Positions 41,213 through 56,351 are shown, counted from the first letter of the stretch. The stretch is 64,000 bases of DNA from Octopus vulgaris (GCA_951406725.2 OX597821.1:24614001-24678000); one strand, 5' to 3'. The notes: a model not told the origin generated them from the letters alone. A program made the numbers and translations.

Positions 41213-41353
41213 CATAGGCAACATTGAGTCATTAACATCCCAGTGGTGTGATGCTTCCTTGCTGCTGTTAGTGTGGCTTACGGATAAGGGTGCAACAGGT
41301 CCTAATGGAGGCTGGCTACCAACAGAATATTTGGAACTATCTGTCAGTGTCAT
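41213..41353 (-). CDS. gcm: gcm coding exon 1 (MTLTDSSKY...SHHWDVNDSMLPM); full exon including leader is 41213-41395
   Basis: Acceptor ttttttcttccggcAG at 41397-41396, donor ATG|GTAGGT at 41212, 47 codons, phase 0. WDVND matches the W-D-I-N-D motif that opens the GCM domain. The frame is open back to the acceptor, so the ATG at 41353 is the first in-exon start but is not proven. Confidence 0.88.
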
Positions 41354-41469
41354 TGTCACTGCTGCTCCATTCAAGGGAGTCCTTCTTTGAAATATCTGCC
41401 GGAAGAAAAAAAAAGAAGAGAAAAATGAAAGCGATAGTCATTAATAGAGAGCTACACAGACATTGAAAA

Positions 41470-41479
41470 CAGCAGCAAC

Positions 41480-41578
<99 letters not shown>

Positions 41579-41805
41579 TGTTGTTGTTGTTGTGGTGGTG
41601 GTGGTGGTGGTGGTGGTGGTATTTGTGGCGACAGCGGTGGTGGTCGTGGTCGTGGTCGTGGTCGTCGTCGTCATCGTCATGACGGCAGCGGCGAATAGTA
41701 GTAGTAGCGACGGTGGTGTAGAAGAAGAAGAAGAAGAAGAAGAAGAAGAAGAAGAAGAAGAAGAAGAAGAAGAAGAAGAAGAAGAAGAAGAAGAAGAAGA
41801 AGAAG
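41470..41805. repeat. compound trinucleotide microsatellite (GTA)(GTT)(GTG)(GTC)(GAA)
   Basis: Read directly; lies about 75 nt upstream of the first coding-exon acceptor of gcm. Confidence 0.95.
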
Positions 41806-42069
41806 GAAAGGAGAAGACCACGGCGACAATAACGATTAAGCAAGAGGAGGAAAACGATTGGTGGGAGGAGTAAAGTTAACGATGCAGATAATTCTCATCG
41901 AACGTCTATTGACAAACGTCATTGTGTCACGTGTCACATTTTCATGGGTCGGAGAACTGCAACGATGGCCGACGATACATTAAAGATGTGCACACCACAC
42001 GGCCACACCACTTCACTACACCGCACCACCACACTACTTCATTACTCCACACCTCACTATACCATGCCT

Positions 42070-42277
42070 TTTTCTTTTATCTTTTTACTTGTTTCAGTCA
42101 TTGGATTGCGGCCATGTTCGGGTACTGCCTTCAACGGCTTAGCCGAGCAAGTCAGCTCTAGTACTTATTCATTTTTAACGCATAGCACCTTTTCTACAGG
42201 TCTGTTTTGCCGAACCGCTAAGTTAGGGGCGGGTGGCGTAAACAAACCAACACCGGTTGTCAAGAGGTAGTGGGAGA

Positions 42278-42352
<75 letters not shown>

Positions 42353-42505
42353 GACGGACTTATTTCAGTTTCCGCCTTCAAATCCACGTACACAGTTTTT
42401 GACGGCCCGGGGCTATAGTAGGAGATAATACTCCAAGGTGCCTCCTCGCAGTAGGAGGATTAAACCTGGAACCATGTAGTTGGGAAACAAGCTTCTTACC
42501 ACACA
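42070..42505 (-). mobile_element. SINE family A, diverged
   Basis: Tail, core, (CA)n and head colinear with 378-782. Confidence 0.8.
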
Positions 42506-43149
42506 GGTACGTCTACTGTACAACATCACACCGTTCCACACAAATCGAATACATTGCGCTTCACCGCACCATAGAGAACAACACCAAATAATACCAGCAC
42601 AAGACGCCATCTTACATCCCACTGCACCGATCAACACTACGCTACAACACATCGCAATTCACCATGGATCAACAAAAAACAATCTTGTTGGTTCATGGTG
42701 TACTTGTTCCAAATGTTAGAATTAGTAAAGGGAATCAGCCTCATATCGTCAGGAAAAAGTAAAAAAAAAAATCTTTTGGATGTAGTCCTAAATTCTTTAT
42801 CTCTTGATAAATGACGGGATGGTTATGGCTGGAATGCCTTGGATCAGAGATCTGTTTATCAGGATTGACCTTGAGTAAAGCAGCAATAGATTACATAATG
42901 CATTGTACCGCATCATATCATTCCACGACATCGAACCATATGAACATTTGCTTGTTTAGTTTAAAATGGCAAACTGCCAAAATATTTAAACACTTGTAGA
43001 AATACAGGAAATTTCAGCTAAACATTTCGAAGAAAATACTTGATTTTCTTCTAAAGAACACTCTTGAAATATCTATAGAAAGATAGAAATTTTAGATTAA
43101 AATTTCCCTAAACACAAAGTAAATACTAGAAACAGTAAACTTAAGAAAG

Positions 43150-43645
43150 TATATGTGACTACTTTGAGATATCATTTGTGACGTGTTATTTGTATGTAAA
43201 GATATCAAAAGTGTGTGATCTCACATTTGAAGATATCAGCCACGACTTCGTATTTAAAGATATAATTTGTGACATACTTATGTCAATTGTGATTTGATAT
43301 TTACGAATGTCAGTTATAGCTTGTTGCTTTTGGATATCGATTGTGACATGCTATGAAGAGATATCAAATATAGCACGTTATTTAAGGATATATGACTTGT
43401 TACTTAACGATATCAATTGTGATATTATGTAAAGATGTTAAGAGTATTTTAAGACATCATTTGTGACATATTGTGTCAAGATATTAAATGTACTATGTTA
43501 TTTGAAGGCATCAGTTACAAATATGTTACTTAAAGATATGATTTGTAAAATATTACCTAAAGATATCAATTATGATCTCTTAAGATATCATATGTCTTAT
43601 GTAAAGATATTAATCGTGATATGTTATTTGAAAATATCAATGCGT
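43150..43645. repeat. degenerate ~27-30-bp minisatellite built on AAAGATATCAATTGTGACATGTTATTT
   Basis: GATAT(C) recurs at roughly 30-bp spacing across about 500 bp. Confidence 0.75.
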
Positions 43646-43723
43646 AGTTGTGTGTGTGTACTTCTCTGTCTAATCTCGTCCCCTGAATGGATGGCTGGAT
43701 GGATGGAGGGAGGGAGGGAGGGG

Positions 43724-43790
<67 letters not shown>

Positions 43791-43902
43791 GCATGCATAT
43801 ATGCATATCAAATGACTTATAATCTGTATACACTTTACAACATACAGCGAGTAGTCTTTTTGAGGTTGTTTTTCCGAACTTAAGAATGACAAATGTACCT
43901 GT

Positions 43903-43978
<76 letters not shown>

Positions 43979-44871
43979 AGAGAGAGAGGAAGATACGTAA
44001 ATATATTCATACATATAAATATGTATATATGTGTGTGTATGTACAAATATACATATGCATATGTTCGTATATGTGTGTGTATATATATATATATATATAT
44101 TCACTTACAGACAGACTATATGTCTGAGTATGTGTACGCGCGTACGTATCTATGTACTAATGTTTATTTCTTTCATTTTTTAAAGTACGGTTGTATATAC
44201 GTGTATTTATATGTTGGTTGTATGTGTGCGTTTCGTGTGTGGTCTTGCGTGCACATAAAAAAATACATTCCGATCATTATCCAAGTCATTAACTGGTTAA
44301 CCACAATGCAGTTACATCAGTAACTTCCTGACCCATCTTCAATAAACACCACCACAGTCACCATAATCACCACATCCACCGCAATCACCATCCCCTAACA
44401 CAACTAGCCAGCCTTCCCCTTTCCGCCCTTTGGGTAGCAAGTGTTTTTGGTGCGGGTAGCGTAATTACAAACATCACAATTGCAAGGGAACGACTGAAAA
44501 CAAGACGATGATCCGCTTCGCTGAACATGTAAAACCTGAGCAGGCAAGCAAGCATGACCTATTTAGCGAGTCGTCTGTTAAATGCTGCTCTATCATCGAC
44601 ACTCATGTGACATTTGTGCAACAAAACAACGGAGGATTCGGAACAGCGGATTCAGAGGGAGAGGGGCTGTTTCAAAATGCACACACACACACACTCACAT
44701 ATACACACATACACAAACACACACACTCTCCCTCTCTCCTTTCTTTCTGGCTTACACAGCTACGGCGGAGACTATTTAGCCATCTATTTATCCAGCCATT
44801 TCTCCCTCCCTCTATCTAGCCATCAATCTCCTTACCCGTCTATCTATCTATCTCTTTATCCATCCATATAA

Positions 44872-44991
<120 letters not shown>

Positions 44992-45565
44992 ACCCACACT
45001 CTCTTAAACTCAATGCTATAGTTTCTAAGTTAGACCACACCATGTCTTACCACAAAACCACCGCAACCAGAATACAATAATACCATAATCACTTTCACCA
45101 CCACGACCGCCACCGATTTCCCCATCGCCACCACCTTTCACCACTAACCTCACCACCACAGCCCATTGTTAAACATGCATCACCTGCTCCATGTCAGACT
45201 TATAGAAAGAGTAAGGGGAGCAAGGAATAGAAAAGGCGGTAGAAGGTTGTGGGAAGGTACGTTCATTGTCAGGTGCCGTAATCAGGTGTTAACTATCACG
45301 GATCATTGCCGTGTTTGAGAGATTAATGCACTAGTGAATGTCGGTTTCCGATTAACTCCAGTGATCACTGATTAAATGTTAGCAGCCATCTTGACTGTCC
45401 TCATATGTAACGCTGATCTGTGTTGCCTCCTTCCCTCACCCCATCGTCATGTATGTTTGATTAACTGGGTGGAACGGCTTTTGTCAATGTTGATTATATT
45501 ATTATTACACAATTTGTATACCCAAAACAAATGTACATGCATACACGCGCGCGCACATACATTCA

Positions 45566-45619
<54 letters not shown>

Positions 45620-45724
45620 TATATATATATATATATATATTGGTGTTTATGTCGAGTTGAAATAACAATTTTACATTAAACTGAAAGATTACACATTAAG
45701 GAATAATATATAAGTACATATATG

Positions 45725-45777
<53 letters not shown>

Positions 45778-45949
45778 ATAATGATTCTGGATAAAATGTT
45801 GACTGATGAAATGGATTAATCCGTATACGCTTTTTATTCTTTCCGTACTTCCCCTTTTACTTTGGTGCCTCAACATGGCCGCAGCTTTCGAGCTGGTACT
45901 AGTTAAAGAGTTATAGAGTATACATAACACAAACACACACATATATCTT

Positions 45950-46717
45950 AAAACACTAAAGAGTAAATTTATTCAATAAAATCGCCATTGGCTTCAACCA
46001 CGACCTCCAGACGACTTCGGAATCTCTTGCAACTCTTCTGGACAGTCTCCTTGTTTAAGTTGGTGAATGCTGCCATAATCCTCACCTTCAGTTCATCTTT
46101 GGTGTTACAAGGAGTTTTATTGGTTTCTCGCTCAACTGCGCCCCACACATAATAATAAGGGGGGTTGCAGTCTAGGGAGTTAGTTGCCCAGATGTTAGGG
46201 GTGATGTGGTTGCAGAAATTGTCTGACAGCCATGACTAGGTTCTCCTGCTTGTGTGGCACGGTACAGAGTACTGTTGCCAGACATAAGGTCTTCCAGTAG
46301 CCACCCTCTTAATTCACGATAGCACTGCTTCCTCCGGGCACTTGATGCAGGCTGCCTTGTTGAGTGTGAGGCCGTGTGGGAAGATGAATGGGGGCATACC
46401 GTCGCCATCACTAGTGATCACTCCAAACACCATGATGTTGACTGGATGTCTGATTTTTTTATCACTCTCGGTACATGTTCTCAGGTTGCACTGTCCTCAA
46501 ATTGACACTCAAACACTCTAAAATGTTCGTATTGGAGCTTCCGGTGCGAATGCCAATCTTTACAGCATGTTTTTTCCAAATTTCTAGCAAAGTGAATTGT
46601 GTCATGGTGTTTTTCTCACAAACGGTGCCCTACTGACCCTGCTATATTGTGTAGTCGACAATGCGCATTCGTGAAATTAAAAATATAAAATGGTGACAAT
46701 TTAAACATCGCACCCTG
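45950..46717 (-). mobile_element. Tc1/mariner maT-type (DD37D) transposon relic
   Basis: WQQYSVPCH...IWATNSLDCNPPYYYVWGAVE...RFRSRLEVVVEANGDFIE*, with 37 residues between the degenerate 2nd and 3rd catalytic positions; terminus TA|CAGGGTGCG at about 46717. Confidence 0.8.
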
Positions 46718-46792
46718 TATATATATGTAATACAATTGTTCGTTTGTTTTCCACCTGCCTTCGTCTTTTGTCTATTTTCATAAAGCTTCCCG

Positions 46793-46829
<37 letters not shown>

Positions 46830-46854
46830 AGTATGTATGTATATGTATATGTAC

Positions 46855-46900
<46 letters not shown>

Positions 46901-46917
46901 ATATATATGTATACATG

Positions 46918-46964
<47 letters not shown>

Positions 46965-47660
46965 TTCATCCATTAAAATAAACGTGTATCCTTTTATTGG
47001 AATTGGATTCATGTTTCAAAAAAAATGTATATATAAATCTATACACGCATCTTGCCTTCATTTACCGATTATAGAAGGACAAGTGTGAAATCGTCTTTTT
47101 CTTTTCTTTCTCTTTTTTTTTTTATTATACACCTCTCTCAGCATACTTTTTAGATTTGTCACAAACTACTGTAATCTGGAATAAAACCGTTAAGCTCCTT
47201 TTATATAATTCCATATTACCACACCAAAATTTTAATTCTTTCTATTTTATCGAGCCCTTTCCTGTAGTCTTGCACACAAAAATATTCTTGTTATATCGAC
47301 GAAATATTTATTATTATTAAAACAGGCAAACACGTACGCAAACTTATACATTTTTCAGCTGAGCGTTTAGCCTTCATTCAAGTCTCATACTCTGGGATCT
47401 TCCAGGTGTTCAAAGGAAGGTGTTTTGTGTGTATGTATGTGTGTGTGTGTATCAATGTGAGAGTATGTGTGCTTGCATTTTGCATGTAAGGCTGTATCTT
47501 AACAATTCGACAGGCAACTCTATTAACCACAGTTTGCTGTTCAATCATATTTATTCCACTGTAAGACAAAGTAGCCTTATAAGACAAAGTAGCCAAATGT
47601 GGAGACCAGATTCAGTTTCACGAGGTTATGGTTTGAAAGAATATGTGCAAAAGAAAGTGC

Positions 47661-47746
<86 letters not shown>

Positions 47747-47759
47747 GTCTGTCTGTTTG

Positions 47760-47824
<65 letters not shown>

Positions 47825-48080
47825 TTAGTTATCTATTTATTAATCTATGCACATATACGCGCGCCCGCATACACACACTTGCCACAGTTGTGAATTCGAA
47901 ATAAATCTTTAAAACCATATTCGTAACGAATATCATAATAGATTGATTGATTGATCAATATATAACATACATAAACCTGTGAACAGCAAAGACTGGAAAA
48001 GAACGTTTAGCATAAATAAAGGAGAGAGAGGGGAAGGGGGAGAGAAGAGAAGAGGAAAGAGAGAGAGAGAGAGAGATATA

Positions 48081-48133
<53 letters not shown>

Positions 48134-48905
48134 TGTGTGTGAAATAACAGAGAAACTTGTTAAAATCGTTTAAATAACAAAACGAATATTATCTCTTGTC
48201 AAATCACGGTAAGCCACGCGTATGCATGTGGTCGCGTGGTAATAGAGAAAGTGTTCAATAACTATTTAGATTCTGTTTAATGCGATATAAATATTAAGCT
48301 TCATTCATTCATAAATCTACACAAAACAGCTTCATTCACTAATGTATCTGATTTCAATATCTTTCTTTCTAAGCTTTTATTTATTTCTTAATCGTTTGCT
48401 TGTGTTAGCTTAGTAATTTTATAGTCTTTCTTTATCTCACATTTTATCTTTTAGTTGTCCTTTATTTATTTTACGTTTATTCATTACTTTATTTATTCAT
48501 TCAGATGTTTTATCCAGTTACTTAATTTCATTCAGTTTTATTCCCTTTTTTTTTTCTTTCCTCTATTTTCTCCTGTTTTACTTTATTTCTTCTCAGTTCG
48601 CGCGGCGACTTTCAGTCCGTCTTGTCGCCATTGTTTAGCAGACGACTTCGAAAAATGAAACTTTTCATGGTCGCCCGTCACACAGATAACACACGACGGC
48701 TGCCCTCTTGGTTCTTTACCGAGGCTTGATATTATGTGTGTGCGTGTGTGTGTGTGTGTGTTTATGTATGTATATTTCACACACACACATATATATTTCC
48801 ATCACTTAAGTTTTTTTTATATATATTTTCCTATCAATTCAATGGCATTGTATAGTCGCAAAGAAAAACAACAACAAAAGCAGCAACGACAACAATAAGC
48901 ACAGC

Positions 48906-49007
<102 letters not shown>

Positions 49008-49091
49008 GTGCTTCCTTTATCACATGGATAACAAAGAACCAAACATCAAAATGCAATTCGGTACAATAACATGGGAATAATCTATGCCGCC

Positions 49092-49132
<41 letters not shown>

Positions 49133-49234
49133 TTTGGCACAATGTCAGTAATTTCAGGGTAGGGATTAAGTCGATTACATCGACCCCAGTGTTCAACTGG
49201 TACTTATTTTTTCACCCGGAAGGATGAAAAGCAA

Positions 49235-50450
49235 ATGGTAATCTGCTGAGTACAGAGTTGGAGATTTTGGAAAAAAGTACTCTTCACTAGGGAGTCGCTT
49301 GTGTAGTCGAAGACATGCCAACTTGTGTTACGGTTATAGAACTGTCGACAACATTGTCCACCTCATGCGATATATTGTAAAACTGAATAGGAATAGATGC
49401 AGCTTTAATGGAGTACTATCTACTTTAGATCAGTCTAAAGTTAACAACAGAGTTCATGATTGCTTTCGCGCTGCTCTCTTCGAAGCAACCAGTTGCGCTT
49501 GTGTTCAGAAGCTGGATCTCTACAATGCACGGCGGCATCTGATCAGTTGTCAAACCGTTTTACATCACGTTTTTGGTCCATCAATCCCCGACGTTTCTCT
49601 TATCTCTGATGCGTTTTGGCGATAGGGTCAGGATTGTTGTGAAAGACGTTGAAGAGCAGTGAGACGGCCGAGTCTGCTTCCGTGTATAATGTCACTTCAC
49701 TGAGTGGGAGATTTCTCAGAAAGGGACAGTTTCCTCTTAGTGAAGCGGCTAATGCTTACAACTCTCTACTGGTGTATAAGCCTGACTGTTATACCTTATC
49801 TCAAGAAACAGCTGACCAGACTGGAACACATATTGCTTTCCTTCTCGTGGAAGGCACGTACCTGTGGAGATTCCTGGGCGACTGCAACGACGATGAAGGT
49901 GAACAAATATGACCTACTTGTGTGACACTTCTGTCCGCACCTCGTCGCTTTCAGAGATTTTTAGTCCTGGGTCCAGTGCAGACCGAGGTTGGATATTGGA
50001 ATCTGGAATGTTGCATTGTACCCTACCAAGTGAATAATGAAAGTAATGGAAAAGTCAAACTTCGTTTTCTATCGATTGTTAACAATGTGTATAAGCAACG
50101 ATAGTTTGAGAAGCATTCTGCGCTTCGATAAGGACATCTGAGCAATGTCTTTGCATTAACGCCTGTGTCAGGGATTACAGATAATTTCAAAATTCTTTGA
50201 CATGGCATTGCTATATTGGTGGAGAGGTTTATTGCTTGCTCGGGATAACTTCTACAGGTACAAAAGTGCTAGCTTACGAACATGTCTGAGATGTACGCAG
50301 TGTAACAAAGCTGTCCTGTATGGATGGCTAGTGTCCATACATTACCGACTTGTTCAGTAGTGTGGAACAGCTGCTCTTGGGGGCACAACAGAACCATATT
50401 CAGTCGAACATACCGTGAATATCTTTTGGCAAGGAGAGCTAGTTAGTTTT
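49235..50450 (-). mobile_element. highly decayed LINE RT relic
   Basis: Microsatellite-free block with a residual SNYR..LL.I motif at about 50100; no intact ORF. Confidence 0.35.
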
Positions 50451-51310
50451 CTTATACTTACTCATTTTGGTGAATGAACTTAAATGGTTGGCGCAGTCGA
50501 AAAGTTTGAGGGCGGGGCAATCCTTCATTGGGACAGCCCCTCTTCAGCTACTAATATTGAAAGAAGAGGGTGAAGGTGGAGAAATTGGTGCTACCCTCCA
50601 CTGGGCATTATGAAAACCTGACAATGCCAAAGCCATAAACAGAATGCAACAAACAGAAAGAAAGAGAGAGAAATTTATCCCTACGATGCAACATAATAAT
50701 CCAAAACTTAAATGTAGGAATTTGCCCAGAACTACCCTACGTACTCCAGCCCTGTGTTGGAAACATTTTCGAGTTGCCGTTTTATCGTTAGCTTCATTCT
50801 CCTTCATTTCTCCCTATTTTTACATGATATAGACTCACCACAGCATGATATATAGTTCCACCATAGAGTCCCATACTTATTTCTTATATGTTCCTCAACA
50901 TTTTCGCTCTTTCTGGCCAACAATAGAAACTACACCAACAAATACAAAATCTGTACTTTTGTAGGCTATTGGACTTATGTCTGTTCACATTTCAGTATGT
51001 CACACACACACACACATATACACACACTCGTGCGCATGCACACACACATACACAACCACACACACACTTACATACACACAGTTCTTGTTTACGGGTAAGT
51101 AAACAAACCAACACCGATTATCAAGCAGTGATAGGACCAAACAAAAACTCATAGACACACCACACGCACGCGCGTTTGTGCGTGTATATATATATATATA
51201 TATATATACAGTTAATCCAAACAAGAAAACAAAAACAAAAAAACAACAACGCAAGGACGTGGAACAAATAAAGTATTATTGGACGCTCAGGAAAGAAGGG
51301 AAGAAGGAGG

Positions 51311-51345
51311 GATTGACGTTTCGAGCGGAGCTCTTCGTCGGAAAC
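51311..51345 (-). ncRNA. minimal hammerhead-like motif, second copy (mini-element 51209-51392 nested in a SINE A)
   Basis: GTTT-CCGACGA-A-GAGC-TCC-GCTC-GAAAC-GTC-AATC; the element is highly similar to 56819-56978. Confidence 0.5.
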
Positions 51346-52114
51346 ATAGGAGAAGGAAAGATCCCGAGAAGGGAAGACAGAGGAAAAAAATCGCTAACCA
51401 AATCTACTCACAAGGTTTAGGTCAGCTCGGAGCTATAGTAGAAGACACTTGTCTAAGGTGCCACACAGTGAGACTGAACCCAGAACCATGTGGTCGGGAA
51501 GCAGACCGCACACACGTACAAGCGCCCGCGCGCACGCGAGCGCCGGTACAGAGCACGAGAAACGGCGATTTCAAAGAAAGATATTTATTTCAATACATTT
51601 CTAAGTAACAATTTTACTAGAGATATTACGAAGTTCAATGCCTCACACTGACTAGTACTTTCATGTATGTATGTATGTATGTATGTATTCGAGTTTCTTC
51701 GCATGCGGGTGCGAGTGCGTGTTTGTATACTATTTGGCGTCCATGCAAACGTGTGTACATACGTGCGATGATACAACTGCATTCGTGTGCTTGAGAGTGT
51801 GTGTAAGATGTCCCTGCATAAATGTGATTGTGCGCGCATGTAAACGTGTGTGTGTATGTGTGTGTGTGTGAGTATCAATGTGTATTTGTCAGCGTTTATG
51901 TATGCCTGTGTGTAAGTGTGTGTCGTACACGTGCATCGCAGCTTGCCGCATTTTCCCCGTATTGTTTTGTGCAAGTCAAGGTGTTTTACTTAGGGGAACA
52001 TTTATTATTCTTGTTATTCTTGTTGTTATCATTATCATTATTACGTAACGCCTGTCTTCATCTATGTGTATTTATAAAACATATATCTACCTCTGTGTGT
52101 GTGTTTGTGCTTGA

Positions 52115-52157
<43 letters not shown>

Positions 52158-52310
52158 TATGCGTGCATGTGTCTACGCGCTCGAACGTGTGAGTATATTG
52201 TTAATGTGTAGGTATATATTGTTTTCAAAGTGTTTTCACACATGTGTACGTGTCTGTATGAGGAGAGTTTTTGTCCGAAGCATACGTATATCAGCTAGTT
52301 TTTGTATATG

Positions 52311-52367
<57 letters not shown>

Positions 52368-52486
52368 TGTGTGTTTCCGTGTATTTATTCACATACATAT
52401 GTGTGCGTGAGTGTATGTTTATGAATATCTGCAAGCACACTACATACTTATTTGCTAGATATGTACACATATATACATACATACAT

Positions 52487-52577
<91 letters not shown>

Positions 52578-53376
52578 TACATACATGTATGTGTGTGTGC
52601 GCGTGTGTGTGTGTGTGTACGAGAGCGGTACGAAAATATGTACTCTTGTTTTAATCTGCTTGTGCAGATACGTTTATATACGTCTCTGTCCGCTTTATTA
52701 TGCATATATGTACATATATGTACGTGTGTGTGTGTGTGTGTGTGTATGTGTACGTGTGTGTAACTGTGAGTGTATGTGTGCGTGCGTGTCTGCAAGTGGG
52801 CGTGTGTTATATCAAATGCACACTCCCCACAGAAATCACTGTAGGCAGCCAACTACTATAATAAAATGATAAAACAACAAACAAAATGGCTACCGATCAA
52901 AACACTTTCGCAACACGTGATCACATCTAACAGCAATTGTTCACATTTCTTCACGTGTGTCACACACACCAGACAGACAGTTAACTTGCGGTTTCGAATT
53001 CAGCTGGGGGATATACCATAACATTCATTTTCTTATTTTTTTCATGCTATTTAATTATGTGTTAGTGAATATACCTATGTGAGTTTGCTCATTCCGGTTG
53101 GATATATTTGCGTGTGTATGTGTGTGTGTGTTGACGTTTGTGCGTCAGTAAGTGCGCGTGTGTGTATATGCGGATGTGTGTCTATGTCCGCGTGTTTCTA
53201 CGTATATGTAATTCATTGTATATGCAATATCAATGTGTATATATACATCTATTAGGATGTAAATATTATTCTTATCGATGTGTAAGTTAAAAATATGCAT
53301 GGATGCATGTTAATGAGTATTTATGTATATATACATATGTATGTATGTATGTATGTATGTATATATATATATATAG

Positions 53377-53474
<98 letters not shown>

Positions 53475-53881
53475 GGATGGATGGATATACATCCTACGCT
53501 TTTAGAAATATCTATGTATACACATCCACATATTAACGCATGAATATTTCTCTCTCTCTATACACACACACATATATATATGTGTATATATATATATATA
53601 TATATAGACGGAGAGAGGAACAGAGGGAGAGACGAAAAGCAAAATAACAAAATAAATGAAAAATAATTATTATCTATGCATGTTATATCTGTTTATATAT
53701 GTAAGATATGTGTGTGTTTGTGGGGGGGATTTATGTGTACAAGATAAATACAAATACCATTTAGCGATACTCCAGTATGGCCAGAACACAGATGATTACT
53801 GATTTTGTGGAATTCGTACGTAAGTTTTGTCATCAGACAACATGTAGCACCGTTTAATTTTCCAACATGAAAAGGGACATA

Positions 53882-54045
53882 GGCGCTGGAGTGGTTGTGT
53901 GGTAAGAAGCTTGCTTCCCAACCACATGGTTCGGTGTTCAATCCCACTGCGTGGCACCTTGGGCAAGTGTTTACTGCTATAGCCTAGTCCGACTAAAGCC
54001 TAGTGAGTGAATTTGGTAGAAGGAAACTGAAAGAAGCCCGTTGTG

Positions 54046-54091
<46 letters not shown>

Positions 54092-54326
54092 TTTGAGTGT
54101 GTGTGCGTGTGTGTGTGTATTTGTGTGGGGGTATGTGTTTGTTCCCACCACCATCGCTTGACAACCGATTTTGGTGTGTTTACGTCCCCGTAACTTAACG
54201 GTTCGGCAAAATAGACCGATAGAATAAGTACTAAGCTTACAAATAAGTCCTGGGGTCGATTTATTCGAGTAAAGGCGGTGCTCCAGCATGGCCGCAGTTG
54301 AATGATTGAAACAAGTAGAAGAAAAG
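53882..54326 (+). mobile_element. SINE family A, full length
   Basis: Reverse-complement match to 378-782 including head, core and tail. Confidence 0.88.
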
Positions 54327-54919
54327 AATAATATAGCGAGTTGGAATAGGCTCACGAACAGAATGACCAAATGACAGATTAACCGAATGACAAGGTGACA
54401 TAATGATAGAATGATGTGTGTGAATGAACGATTTGAAAATCGTTGTCAATATGGTAAATCATGTCTGCATGGATCATTCTTTTCTTCTTTCTGATTCTCT
54501 CTCTCTCTCTCTATCTCTGTCTCTCTCTCTCTCTCACCCTTACTTTACCTCTCTCTGTCTCCTTTTTAATATGCATGTGTGAGTGTGTATATGTGTGCGT
54601 GTATGCGTATATGTGTAAGTGTGTGTTTGTGAGTGAGTACGCATGTTCATATCTTTGACTGCTTTTCGTGTTACAATACGCATTACACACAAGCACACAT
54701 AGACACACATATATCTGTGTATGCATATATGCATCTGTGTGTGTGTATGCATTGCTATGTATATATAAATACATCTTAATATATCTAGCTATCTATCTAT
54801 ATAAATATATATATATGTGTGTATGTATATATATGTACATATGCAAATATATATATATACAAATATTTATACACATAGATACATAGATATTCATACACAT
54901 ACACACACATATGTATAAG

Positions 54920-55680
54920 ACATGATAAAAAACACTGGTGTTTATACAAAGGAAAGAGGAAAAGGCAAGATGTGCTCTATGGTGGAATAGCTACTTATAA
55001 CCAATCCAGGAACCCCACAGATCTTATATTACCCTTACTAAGACGGGTAAAATCTCTTTTCTTGTGCTACCAAAACCTCGGGAAAATCAATGCACTGCTT
55101 CATATAGTATTTATTAACAGCCCAGCACACGGCATACATAGATTAGATGTGGGCTCCTAAACCCGTGAGGCCCTCGGGCAGCTGCCCAGTGTGCTTATAC
55201 CTTAACACGGCACGGCACTTCTCACCACAGTATATTTCTGTGGACCCATCCAATTGGAACATGCTCATCACTCTTATTCACCGCTTAACAAATTTACTGA
55301 GAGGCAACGCAGTACCACCTTCTGCACCCTCTTATTCCAACAAGTATAAAACTTTAAAAGGTTCATGGATGCCACAGCCGAGGAGGAATATGCCTGCTCA
55401 GTCCTTTCAATTGTAGTCATCACACAACCTCTTTTATCATAACCACCACAGAGAGGAAAGTCTCTGTCCCTTTCCGGAAAAAAAAATGGCGGTAGGGCAT
55501 TTTTCTTGATCGACAACCTACACACAACAGCAGCTGTTTCACATAACTCCACAAGTCGGCAATGGTGGGATACTGAGTGAGCACATATAGAACGGTATTA
55601 TCGCTAAGCGCTCCCGTACCTGTAGAATGTATCTCCCACGGGAAATAATCTTTACTCCAATCGAACAATCAAGCTAAGGA
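54920..55680 (-). mobile_element. Tx1/L1-like 3' fragment
   Basis: TVLYVLTQYPTIADLWSYVKQLL resembles the decayed C-terminal Zn-knuckle region of Tx1 ORF2, followed by UTR-like sequence. Confidence 0.45.
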
Positions 55681-56317
55681 TTTCTAGTCTGGACGGTTAT
55701 TCACAGATTCTGAGCTCAAATTATTTTGAAACTGTCTTGCCAATTGATTGTGATTAAAGCTCAGAGTTTCTCTGAGAAAATCGACGTTCTCGGACATCTT
55801 TAATCGTTTAAATAAGGCTAATGTAGAATGGTATTAACTGTAATAATGTATTAGACAGTAATTTAGAGGAGTGAAGAGTAGCTGTCTTGATTGATATTAA
55901 TGTTATTGATCCCTGAATGATGTCTGGCTGAATCGAAACAGTAAGTCACTACGTGTCCGTGTATATGTGTGTGTATATGTGTGTGTGAAGGAGAGAGAGA
56001 GAGAGAGAGAGAGAGAGGCGGGGAGAGGAAGAAATGAGAGAGAGGGTGAGGGAGAGTGCCAGGGGGTCAGACACATAGACAGAGAATGTATATAAGAAGT
56101 TGATTAGTTAAATATTAAGCCCATGGGAAAATAAGTTAATTAATTCCTAATTGATTAAATTATTGATCTACAAACTTGACTCTGAATTTTAGGAAATAAT
56201 TAGGGAAACCGAGATGTGAAAATGCAGATTCAAACTTTCACAACGTTTGTCGATGTCCCTGTTATTTTGGCGGCTGCGGCAGTAGCAAGGTTGAGGGTCG
56301 TGGTAGTGGCGTTAGTA

Positions 56318-56351
<34 letters not shown>

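Noticed and set aside
43150-43645. Repeat-spacer periodicity reminiscent of a CRISPR array
   Set aside because: Eukaryotic context, degenerate units, no unique spacers and no cas genes.
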